A stretch of DNA of 64,000 bases from Eledone cirrhosa. Its lineage: Eukaryota. Made by a program: the position numbers and the translations under genes. Numbering within the stretch: the stretch's first letter is position 1; every line of letters begins with the position of its first letter. Of this stretch, positions 41,283 through 53,589 are shown one piece after another. The stretch lies in NCBI GenBank assembly GCA_964016885.1, contig OZ024742.1:189100001-189164000 (forward strand), written 5' to 3'. Below the pieces are notes generated by a model, which was not told the origin of the DNA, did no database searches, and was given only the letters and a program-made list of their open reading frames with translations.

Positions 41283-41440
41283 TAAATTTGAAGACTAAAA
41301 TCCAAAGAGGGCTCGATAAGGATAAATATATATCAAATATATAAGAACCGTAGAGCAAATATTTATTAAAATAACAGATTAAAGTTAAGGGTGAAAGCTG
41401 CGATTCTTTGCTTAAACTGTAATCTGTTATTTTAATAACG
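41283..41440. repeat. Deleted/fold-back derivative of the 60935..61450 repeat
   Basis: 41283..41362 is the reverse complement of 61362..61440; 41365..41437 forms a hairpin. Confidence 0.7.
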
Positions 41441-41611
41441 TTATTCAGAAATTATATATACGTCACGATAGCTGATTAGATTTATCTACCTACTTCTTTC
41501 TCTCTTACTCTCAAAAAATGTTTATACAATTTGATTACTTATACAGGCAGTATTTATTAGAATGGTGTTAAAATATGTATACATATTTGGGGGACACTCT
41601 GTGTGTATATA

Positions 41612-41774
<163 letters not shown>

Positions 41775-41947
41775 GCGAAATGTAAATGGAAAAGAGGAAA
41801 GCAAGCCGTTAAAGTAAATATTAGGTTAACTCTTAGTATAAAAAGAGAGGTCTTAAAGTTTCGGACGCTTGTAATTCATCAGTAAATAGCATGAGAACTG
41901 TAAAAAGAAATAGAAAGATGGAGTTAGTGTTCAGTCAGCAATAGTGT

Positions 41948-41988
<41 letters not shown>

Positions 41989-42006
41989 ATATATATATAT
42001 ATATAA

Positions 42007-42103
<97 letters not shown>

Positions 42104-42115
42104 AATATATATCTA

Positions 42116-42253
<138 letters not shown>

Positions 42254-42257
42254 TATA

Positions 42258-42331
<74 letters not shown>

Positions 42332-42335
42332 TATA

Positions 42336-42376
<41 letters not shown>

Positions 42377-42407
42377 TACACATATATATACGTATATATA
42401 TATATAC

Positions 42408-42501
<94 letters not shown>

Positions 42502-42792
42502 AGACAGAGACAGCATTACCTTTGATAATAATAGTTAACTGTTCAATGTTGAAGCTATTGAATGTAAAGCATCTTTCCAACGTAATAATGATTATTATTG
42601 ACATATTTAGTTCTGACATATAGATTCTTTAATTTTTACTTTTCCGTTTTTTTTTCCTATATTGATTTTGTTTTCGTTATCGATTAATTTCTGTCAGTCA
42701 CCTGATGGTAAATATATTTCAATCACTGATAAGAAAGTATGTGCTACCAATTTACCTAGTTTACTTGAACCGATTCATCATTAAGGGCTTGT

Positions 42793-42827
<35 letters not shown>

Positions 42828-42943
42828 ATTTGTGTGTGTGTGTGTTTGTGTGTCTGTGTGTGTCTGTGTATGCCTGTGTGTGTGTATGCTTGTGTGTGTG
42901 TGTATTTATTCATAGATACACACACACACATGTCTATATATAC

Positions 42944-42959
<16 letters not shown>

Positions 42960-42979
<20 letters not shown>

Positions 42980-43546
42980 CTGTGTGTGTGAAGTACCCAA
43001 GCGATTTTTTTCAAACTTTACATGTGTATTACTTATGTTTCAGGGAGTGTTATGCATTTAAAATTCTACTTTTTGATCCCCTAGGACTCGCATTGGGTGA
43101 AAAACTGCAATTTTCAGCTTTTTAGGGGATTTTGAGGCGTTACGTCAGACCAATTTCCTTGAAATTGTAACAATGTATTAGTCATTCTCTTCTTCATAAC
43201 GTGAGCAAAGAAAATCCAAATTGTTTATGGTCTAGGCCCAGCATTAGGTGAAAAACTTCATTTTTTCAGCTTTTAAGGGCTTTTTTGAGGCGTTACGTGT
43301 AGCCAATTTTCCCGACATTTCAAGGCATATTATGCACATAAAAAAATTCATTTTCTTGATCCCCTAGGTGAAAACCTGCATTTTTCCTGCTTCATCGAGG
43401 AAAATCTTAAAGATTATCCAGTCATCTGTGTATTTGGTTTATTTTCTATACATATTGTCCAGCATGCAGTTTTTCCACGATTAGGTCTGTTGGCGGCCCG
43501 CGTTCCAAAATACCTTATCCCGTGCAACCCCGGATACCACTGCTAG
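42960..43546 (+). mobile_element. Helitron-like non-autonomous element
   Basis: 3' sub-terminal hairpin tatcccgtgcaaccccggata followed by CTAG|T; internal repeats; 5' boundary uncertain. Confidence 0.6.
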
Positions 43547-43979
43547 TATATCATAACATATTTAGAGAGTCTATGGTGCTGATACAAGGAAGAACACTAA
43601 TCATGGGAGTCTTGATGCGTGGGGAGATGCAGAGTGGGTATACATTTTACATATATTTACTATGAAATATATATATTATATTCACTGTCTTTGATTGATT
43701 CGAAGTCGCTTATAAAACACCAGCCCCATAATGGTGTCGATTTTTCATCTATATGTCTTTCTCACTTTCTCGGTGTCCCTCGCTTTCTCTCTCCTTTTAA
43801 AGGAAATTGGCTGTGTTAAAAACATTAGATACCAAGGGCTACGCCAGATTTAACATACCCATGGCATGCTGTATGTCACAACGATACCACTACTACTCCA
43901 TCATAGGTTATGAGTCCATACATTAGTTCGTACAAGCATACATACTTACATACACACATAGTTATATACATACATATAT

Positions 43980-45070
43980 ACTGGAAACTTTAGCATCAAT
44001 GTTGATGTGGATAGGCTATACTTTTCACGCAAGGAAGGAGGCCGGGGTTTAAAATCCATATTAACATCATACGAGACTCGAATAGTAACACTGAAGCAAC
44101 ATCTTCAGCAGAAGAAAAAGGTCAGCAACCATCTTGCCCAGTTCTATGAACATGAAGGAAATAATATCATTAGAATTGCCACTGATCTGGAGGAGAGATA
44201 TGGAATAAGGCCTGATATAGATCTCCATCCTAGGTAAATTGGAAGATCCTATTCAATGTTCGAACAAGATAAAAGAAAAATGGACCAATTTACAGAGAAA
44301 TTTGTGCGTGGGTACCTGAGACGAAAAGCACAGACCATAAAGGGGATAAATCACCCAAAAAGCCTCGCATGGAGTTCCGTTAAGCTTATGACATCCCACT
44401 TTGAAGGATATCTCTATGCAATACAGGAACAAGAAATCCCTACCAAATATCTGCTACACAACGGAGGAGGGCAATCACTTAACAATAAATGTAGGCTTTG
44501 TAAAACAGAGATCGAAGATGTTAGCAACATTGCTGCCAACTGCGAAAGAATGTCGTCTCGCTACTACCTCCCTATGAGACACCATGTGATAGCGAGGACC
44601 ATCTGGAACGCACTTAGGAAAACAAAATTAAAAACAAATGAGGAGGAATATGTTGAGATAGATGGCACTAAAGATTACTGGTGGAACCTGAAAATAAAAG
44701 CTGCCACCAAATTAAAGCACAACCGACCTGATATTGTTGTTTGGGACCACACATTGAAAACGTGATCTGTTGTAGAGATCAGCTGCCCATTTGATGTCAA
44801 AGTTATAACAAAAATACAAGAGAAGGAGGATATCTACGGGCCATTGATGGGCAGTTTGCAGATCCAGTATCCAAGATACACCTTCAGCTTCATACCCATC
44901 ATTATTGGAGCTACAGGTTATATACCAACCCGCTTTGACCAAAGGATAACTGAACTTGGATTTGTGGAAAAAGAACGCAGCTCCCTAATTCATATACTAC
45001 AAATGGCTGCGATAGCAGGCTCCTTCAAAATTTGCAAAACTTTGTTGCGATTCAAGGGATGACAATTTAT
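43980..45070 (+). mobile_element. R4/Dong-like non-LTR retrotransposon, 3' part (zinc knuckle + restriction-like endonuclease), disrupted
   Basis: DRLYFSRKEGGRGL, AIQEQ, CRLC..C..RH, HNRPDIVV, EISCP.D, E K..Y, PIIIGATG; flanked by TACA-rich repeats. Confidence 0.85.
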
Positions 45071-45917
45071 TTTCTTTGGTGGCCGGTCATAAATGTACTC
45101 GAGATTGAGAGAAAGAGAAACATATACACATATACATACATATAAACACACTCACATACATGCATACGTACACATATACTTATATACATACATACATGCA
45201 TGCATACATACATACATACATACATACATACATACATACATACATACATGCATACATACATACATACATACATACATACATACATACATACATACATACA
45301 TACATACATACATACATGATGCTGCCCCCTCGTTATCGAGTATGGCCATTGCACGATATAACATTGTTAATAATTATTAATTAATTCTATCGTGCAATGC
45401 CTGTGCGTGAAGATATTTTTTAAAGTGAGGTAAGACTGTGCACTGAGCCAATCCCACTCTCTGAGCGACAGTAGCTATAACCCGAAAAGAAGAAAAGATC
45501 AACATCAGCGGTAACTACTGAGCCACAGGTTTTATATCGGCGTTATCCCAGTTTCCTGGGTTGCCTTCTCCTAGAAGAATGCCCTGACAAAAAGCTAGGG
45601 TCCTTCACTCCCAGTGGTTTAACCGCGTGGTACATGTGTATATACATATTTACACACTTTCGGATGGCCGTTGACTCTTATAAGTTCTTCCGCCCTTTGT
45701 CAGATTTTGTTTTTTGTCCTGCAGGGTGTCCAAAATCACCCTCCTCACCAAGTAAACTTGGTGGCGTTGCCGGTTTAGTCGCCGACGACCCGACCATCCG
45801 ACAGGTAGTACTGGGTTACATGTTACCAGTATCACTCAAGAGTGACCCGACATACATACATACATACATACATACATACATACATACATACATACATACA
45901 TACATACATACATACAT

Positions 45918-46990
45918 CAAAAACTCACACCCAGGGAAGTCGCTCAGCAGTATCGCAGTGAATCCATGGATGAAAAACTGCATGCTTATCAGCAAAAAAT
46001 CATGCATGGATATGTTGCCTGGAAGCTGCAGAGTGATAGTAATATAGATAAGGAAAGTAGTCTATCTTGGACCAAAAACCGCTATATTGGCTCCCACTTT
46101 GAAGGATACGCTTTTGCAATCCAAGAACAGGAAATTAACACGAAATACCTGATTCACAAAAGAGATAGGGATGCAGGCAAAACACCTAGATGTGATAACA
46201 AGTGCAGACTCTGCAGAACTAACATCAAAGATATCACCCATGTCATCAGCAGCTGTCCAAAGATGTCATCGCGGTACTATCTACCTATGAGGCATGATGT
46301 AGTGGCCAAAACACTGTACAATGCACTTCGTAAAAAAGAGATCCCCGATAATAAACACATTAAAAGCTACAGCAATGTGGAAGACATCCATGTACATAAA
46401 ATGAAAGAGTACTGGTGGTATGTTCCAGTAAAACCCCCAATAAAATGAAGGCATAACAGACCAGATATTATGATATGGGACGGGGACAAGGAAGAATGCA
46501 CTGTAGCTGCCCAGCAGATGCCAATATAATATCAACGATTAGCGAAAAGGAGAATATTTATGCAGAACTGATGAGGAATCTACAGATACTCCACCCTGAT
46601 AACACCTTCAGATTTATGCCTATGATTATTGGGACATTGGGGTATGTTAGTAACTGCTTCAATACAAATCTTGAGAAGCTAGGCTTCACAGGAACAGAAA
46701 TAACACAACTAGTTAGGAAATTACAAGTACAATCCATTAATGGAACAGTAAAAATATATAAAACATTCCAAAAATGTTGCATCTAATAACTGCATATACA
46801 CATGTACAGATACAAAGCATATACACATGCACACATACAATAACATCCATATCTACACATGCATGCATGCATACATAATCTACCTAGTTGATGTGTAAAT
46901 TCCAATGAGAGAGTCTTGTATCTATGTTAGAAACCGACTCTCTCTCTCTATTGGGAAACAATTTGTGAAATTATAAAACCAAAAGAACAT
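45918..46990 (+). mobile_element. R4/Dong-like non-LTR retrotransposon, 3' part, in (TACA)n
   Basis: AIQEQ, CRLC..H..SSC..RHD, HNRPDI, EKENIY, PMIIGTLG; (TACA)n immediately on both sides. Confidence 0.85.
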
Positions 46991-47529
46991 ACATACATAC
47001 ATACATACATACATACATACATACATACATACATACTTATATTACATATCATTGAATAGTAAATACATTTTTATTGAAATTAAATATTACTTTTTTTTTC
47101 TCCTAAGAGCTGACTAACGTTGAAATCAAAGGCAGCTTAAAATTTATTTTTAAATTTACATTTAAATTTATTCATTTATATATTTATTTATTCTTACCAT
47201 AGTCAATTAACCTAGATGTTGCTTTCAGAACTGTCGGTCAACTGAATATATTGCACTGTTTAATCATGTCTCTAGTTTTTTAAGGCCTATATATGAATAC
47301 TGTGCAGTTATATTCTAGAGTGCAAACATAATTATTCCCCTTTTTTTTTCTAATGTATGCTACCATAAACGTACAGATATAGATTGAAACATATAAACAT
47401 GTACGTATAGAGATATTTAACACTTTTTTAATCTATATTAATACTTCGTATTTGTCATTACGTTATTACTGTACCTTTAAATATGTAAGTGTTGGATATC
47501 TGTCTGTCTATCTATCTATCTATCTATCT

Positions 47530-47885
47530 TGGGGAAAATCGACTAACTTTTTTAATTCCATTTGTGATAACATTTTACACGTTTTTATTGTATGTAAACT
47601 TCCCCCTTTGTATTTGTCCCCTTCTTTTGTGCCCCTGTGGCTAATAAAGAAATATATCTATCTATAAGGGGAGCACCTTCTCCATGTGCTCCCCGGGCAA
47701 AGGATTGCACACTTTTTCGGGGGGTGGGGGGTGCAACCCCCACCACGTCCCCTCCCTTTTGAGGTTATTTTCGATTATTTTCATTTTATACCCTTTTTAC
47801 TCGATTGTATGTAAACTCTCCCTTTGTATTTGTCCCTTCTTTTTATGCCTTTATGGTAAATAAAGAAATATATCTATCTATCTAT
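47530..47885 (+). mobile_element. Two short Tx1-like 3' tails inserted in (TATC)n
   Basis: Both end in tgtatgtaaact..ctttgtatttgtccc..aataaagaaat(atct)n; the terminus resembles gcccttgtggccaataaagaaat at the 3' end of the Tx1 at 53590. Confidence 0.6.
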
Positions 47886-47890
47886 CTATA

Positions 47891-49054
47891 TCTGTATATA
47901 TAAAAAATTAAGTATGTGTGTGTCTGTGTATTACCTATAGGGGCCTACATCTTACGACCGATTTTCATGAAACTTTACAGGCTCATAGATTAGTCATCGC
48001 GGAGTGGTTTCTATATATCAGCGTATCGTTTTTTTTATTCCGGGGTCATTCAGCAGATAAAAATCGATAGGGAGAGTCACCTTTTTGGGGGTATCGAAAA
48101 ATAAGATTTTGGGCTCTAGGTCCCACATTTTGCCACCGATTTCGTTCAAATTTTAAAGCAAAATAGAATTTATCATTGCACATCCTGTTTTGCATTTGTT
48201 GTTCAGGCACGGCGTGGCAGCCGCTTAAATATTCAAAAATACCAATTTTAGATTCAAATTTCCACTTTTTCGGCTCTAGCTCCCACATTAATCAACCTAC
48301 TTTGTTTAAATTTTACACTACGCTAGATCTGATTATTTCACGTCTTAAAGTGGCTTTACATTTTGGATTTTTTGTTCAGGAACGGCGTGGCAGCCGCTTA
48401 AATATTCGAAAATACCACCTTTTCGCTCAAATTCCCGCCTTTACGGCTTTAGCTCCCACATCGTTCTACCGATTTCGTTCAAATTCGAGACTTCGGCTCC
48501 ACCTCACACATAAATCAATTTATTTCATTCAACTTTTATACTACGATAGAACCTATTATTGCACATCTTATAGTAGCTTTACACTTTGCATTTTTTGTTC
48601 AGGGACGGCGACCTATCATTAGCTCCCACATTTTTCAACCGATTTCGTTCAAATTCGAAACTTCGGCTCCACCTCACACATCAATCAATTTATTTGGTTC
48701 AACTTTTATACTACGATAGAACCTATCATTGCACATCTTATAGATGGTCAAAGGCAAAACTATGATCACTGACGTCATCTGAGCTTTTAGTTGTGTATTT
48801 GAGAATTCATCGGTTTCCAATGAAGTAGCGTGGGGAAATTTGGCTTAGTGTTAGAGGTCATTACCTCCCTCCCCCAGCATGCCCCTTCGTCAGTCACTCG
48901 CGTTTCTCAGTGATAGAGGCCATCACCACCCTCCTCCGCATGGCCTGTGTGTGGCCATAGATGAATCATCGAGAAGCAGTCGCTAAGATCAACACCTTTT
49001 CATCAAAGCAGATATTATTTTACCTACCCAGGCAACGCTGGGTACTGCTGCTAG
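47891..49054 (+). mobile_element. Helitron-like non-autonomous element
   Basis: A|TC 5' end (tctgtatatataaaa), internal tandem subrepeats (tagctcccacat..ccgatttcgttcaaatt), 3' hairpin acccaggcaacgctgggt then CTAG|T. Confidence 0.7.
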
Positions 49055-49276
49055 TATATATATATACTAGCATATACTAAGGAAGATACTGTCAATATAA
49101 GTACATCACAAGTCTAAACACATAAGGATGCATGTGTGTGTATGTATATTCTTTCTTGAACATGGCGGACCTTGTTGTCTCTTGAGGTCACTGGTTGTGA
49201 CTTGGTGATAACTCGTATGAACATAAAGCAAGATAAATGCAACTATAATAATAATAATAATATTAATAATAATAAT

Positions 49277-49986
49277 AATAATAATACCGGAGATAGTAAC
49301 CAGTCACAAGTCTTTACTGAAAGACTTCCATCTGACCAAATCACAAATAGGTTTGTAGTAATGAGAAGCCCTATTGAACCCGCTGAAAATAGCCAGGAGA
49401 GGGACTTAGAAACAGTAATTGAAAACCAAACATCTGCTGAAGAAAACGGGGAGACTATGAAGGAATTAAAGCAAAAAATAATGAATAAGCTTGCAATAGT
49501 AAGACATTCTACTATAAATGATAGAGAACCACTTCAAAAACTCCCAAATACAAACCAAAATAGAAAACAAATAATGATTGGTAATTCTGTGACAAAAGAA
49601 ATCATAGAAGAACTAAAACCTGATCTTACTGAGTTAAATGAAACCATTTATGCATCTGCTAGAGTAATTGAAACAAGTTGTTTACCACCAAAAGAAAACC
49701 CAAAAAGTCGAACTTTGAAGGTAAACCAATTTGGAGGAGTAGAATCGAAACGGAGATTGACGTAATGAGAGGAGAAATATCTTTATTGAGTGAGTTAACC
49801 GTTGGAAATGATATAAGATCCAAGAACGTAAGAAAGCTAAAGAGAAAATAAGGACTGTCTTCTAGAGAAGCAATAGTTTCAACAAAAGAATCTCTGAAAC
49901 AAAAAGTCCAAGTAAAAGCCCAAAGAATTCGTAGATTCGAGAAGCGAAACAACTTCTACAGGCAAAATAATTTGTTCTCATCCAAT
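49277..49986 (+). mobile_element. R4/Dong-like element, N-terminal (pre-RT) fragment after (TAA)n
   Basis: REPLQKL..LTELNETIYASA..W..RIE..ESLKQKVQVKAQRIRRFEKRNNFYRQNNLF, typical of the region before the R4-clade RT. Confidence 0.7.
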
Positions 49987-52900
49987 GCCAAAATCTTGAA
50001 CTCTGCGTTTAGCAGGGTTATGGGCCTGAGATTATCGATAACATCCCCCTTGTTCGGGTCTTTTCTCAGCAGCGCCACTGCTCCCCGGCTCACAAAACTG
50101 GGAATGCTCCTGTTCTGCTGCCAGTTGCAGTAGACGTCTGCCAAAGGTCACCGAACAAGTCTGGCATAAATGCGTAAAGCTCGTAGGTCAGACCATCCAA
50201 ACCTGGCGATTTACCCCTTGTGCAGTTAGCCATCGCTTCCCGTATTTCACCGGCTGTTATTGGCTTTTCGCAACACTGTGCTGCGGTCGTCGAGAGCCGA
50301 GGCAGTCTGTCGAGGTATGCACTGAAGTCCATGCTCCGATCCGGGCCGCCGCCGCCGTCCCGAACAGTTCAGCAAAGTGCTGCTGAAAAGCTTCACACAT
50401 CCGCTCGGGTTCGTGCATCACGCACCGGTTTTGGTCAGACATAGACCGAATTGTGGCTTTGTTGCCACGTCGCGCCTCTACCACCCGGGCCCATTGGACG
50501 GCTTTTGTCCCCTCGTGTTTCAGAGCACGCGCTCTAGCTCTGACAACGCAGCCTTCGTGTTTTGCGTTGAAGAATTGATCGAGTGCCAATCTAGCCGCAA
50601 GCACGTCGGTTGCGATGTCTGTCCTAAACGCCTCTTCTAGCTTTCTGACTAGCTCTCCCTCTACTCTATTTTCCTCTATCACTACTCCCTTGCTAAACCT
50701 TATCGACTCTATTTTACCACCACCTGTTGTTGACGACCGCTCCCGTCAACGCCCGCTTTACTAATACGCTAATCCGGTCTCTGTAGGCTTTACGCGCCGG
50801 GAAAGACGCGTTCAGCTTCCAGTAACCAGGCCCTTGTCTATGAAGTCAGTCTACGTCGATCTCACTGATCACAAATTTGTGGTCTGTGTAGTCGACTATT
50901 TTAAATAGTGGACAACTTACACTAGCCTTATCTAGTTCTCTGCAGAATACCCTATCGAGATACGATCTGGATGACCCGCTGCGGTTTGTCCATGTCCACA
51001 TTGGCACATTCGGGTGATCCAGTCGATACCTGTCAGACAGTTCAAAATGTCTGAGCAGGTTGGTGAGGCTCTTGCTCCCCTATCCACTAGCCCCACACAA
51101 TCCCAGCGTGCATCCAAGATACCGTTCCAGTCGCCCACTAACACTAAAGAGCGGGATATTCCAAGAAAGGTCTCTAGACGTCTGAAGAAATCTGGCCGTC
51201 CTGCCCCTGTTGGGACGTAGACGGCTATTAGCCTGAAAGCATTACCTTCGCTGCCGGTCATGTCCAGCACCACCGACTTACCTTCTGGGTCTAGAAAGAT
51301 GGCTCGTATCGCGAGATCCAAGCCTCTCCGAAAAAGGACGGAAACCCCTCCCCCCGATCCTGGACGGCTGGGAGATGCGTATACATCGTAGCCGCCGAAG
51401 ATCGGTGCGAAGGCTTGTGCTTCGGAGATTCTGATTTCACTGATCGCCACCACATCTATGTTTAGTGACCTGAGGTCGTTGAGCAGATGACCCTGCTTCC
51501 AAGATGATCTCAGGCAACGTGCATTTATCCTGCCTATTCTGAGTACGGCCATGTTGGATGAGAAACGGGGCAAGTGAGAAAGGGTCACTTACCTTGATCG
51601 TGTGGTGAAGGGACAGTAGAACCGTCCCTTTCGCTGGTCATGGGTGTTTCCAAGAGGATGTCAGTGTATATCCTCTTGGTAACCGTCCCTCTGAAGTCTC
51701 CAACTGCGTTGGGGAATTTTTGTTTTAACGGTTTGTACTGTTCTATTGAGATTTCGATGATGCTTATGTTCGTCGGGAGAGTTCTTGGTGTTGGTGGGAT
51801 GTAGTAGTTTTTTTCTGTGATGTATGTGTGCTGCTTTATATGTTGTATGAGTTCTTTTTTTGCCATGTTTATGGCTGTGTACTTTTTGGGGGAGGGTGAT
51901 TTTGTTGCTGTTTTCTTCTTGTTTGCTGTTTGGTGCGTGTGTCTTGTTGTGTTTGCGTTGTTGGTGTTTTTGGTGATGCTGGTGGTGGTGGTGTGGTTGT
52001 TGTTGTCAGTGGTACTTGTGGTGGTGATGGTGGTGGTGTTGTTGCAAGTTTCCTTGCTGCCTTTACCTCTCTTTGTGTGCCTTCGCTTTTGGAGGGTGAA
52101 TCTAAGGGGTTTTTTCTTTTTTCTTTTTTGTGGTAGACCATTTGCCAATTCACTCCCGCCTCACACTCCATGTCGTATTCTGTGGCGTCTGGGAAGGGTA
52201 TGTGCTCCACGGCTGTTGGTGGTTATAGTGGAGCGCTCTTCAGCAATTTTGTTGCTGGTGTAGCTACTTCAAATGTAGCTATTGGTGTGGCCGCCACTGA
52301 TGATGCTGCTTTAGTTGTCCGTGGCCTTGGTACGGGTGCTACGGACGTTGCCCTCCTACTCACCGTGGAAGGGGCTTCTACGTTTGTTGCCTGCCCTGCT
52401 CTTGGTAGCAGCGGACCAGGTATTGGAAGGAGAGGAGCCTTCTTCTTCGCTGTCTTCTGCGGGCAATAGGCCCTGAGGTGACCCTTCGACCCACAGAGAT
52501 AACGTTTTGGCCGTCTTCCTTCTACACTTATAGGAAGTTGGAGTCCTTCCTCGATGTCTATGATATCGGGGGTAGCGTCGATACATTCCTGGTCAGTTTG
52601 TATAAGCATTTGCATGCCTATACCTGACCAGTTCTCTCTCCCTATTTTTTCTACTTGCAGCATGGTCGTCCTGTTCTCGATTCCAGCAAGGACAGACGCG
52701 GCCAGCCAAGGTATGGGCACGTCGGGTGGGACCTGGGTCCATTTGACCCTCACAAATTCTGCCCGCAGTAGGAGGGCACCAAGACTATCTCCTCACTCTT
52801 TAGGGTTTCCAAAGAGTGAGACTTTGATCCTGGGGGTGGCGAAAATTACGTCTACTGTGGCGTACTTTCTGCTTCGGGTGATTGGGTTTTGCATGCCCAG

Positions 52901-53190
52901 ACGCACCTCAAGGCCTTTGGGATTTGAGCCTCCGTGGCTCTCTCCACCCGATGTGAGATTATGCTTAAGGTGCGGTAAGTCACCGTCCGTAGCTGCTGGT
53001 CCTTGAAAAAATCGGGTGGAGGTTTCAGGGAGACTCTATTGGCGCTTCTTGTCACCATGGCCCTTGCGACTGCCATCTCCTCCTCTGTGACTAACACTGT
53101 CTCGATATTTAGGGCGACACCTGCAAAAGAAGTGGTCCCTTTTTCACAGCACCACTATTGCTGCCGCTACTGGTCTTACTGGTGGTGCTG
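49987..53190 (-). mobile_element. Tx1/L1-like LINE, truncated and disrupted (ORF1 zinc knuckle, APE, RT start)
   Basis: GRRPK.YLCGSKGHLRAYC; INARCL..VAISE..GDWN; GYWKLN; KSPGLDG; RPITLLNAEFKILA. Confidence 0.88.
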
Positions 53191-53566
53191 AGATCGCTAT
53201 TACAATAATAAAAAAAGATCGTGCCTGATTGTGTATGTGGCCTGGTCATTCGACACGAGAAGGAGAGGGAGAAAATGAACCGATACCAGGACTTAAAGTG
53301 GGGTTAAAAAAGATTTGCAACTGCCATGAAGTCAAACTGGTCCCGATTGTCATAGGCGCACTAGGTACTATCTCAAAGAGCTTCCAGGGATGGTTAAAGA
53401 AAATTGGCCCCGCCCCGCTTTTTGGAACACTTCAAAAGGCATGCTTGCTAGGAACAGCAAGAACCCTCCGATACGTCCTGAATATCTGAGGTTGCAGGTA
53501 GTGGCTTGATATTCATTTCAACAAACTTTCCCGTTAACTAACATCAATGACTGAGACTCAAAGAAA
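53191..53566 (+). mobile_element. R4/Dong-like element, RLE C-terminal fragment + 3' end followed by (TAA)n
   Basis: YQDLKV..VKLVPIVIGALGTISK..LQKACLLGTARTLRYVL. Confidence 0.8.
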
Positions 53567-53589
53567 AATAATAATAATAATGATAATAA

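Noticed and set aside
45535-45632. Possible HDV-like ribozyme (ctaggagaagg motif on the minus strand, reminiscent of RTE 5' UTRs)
   Set aside because: I could not build the nested double pseudoknot by eye.
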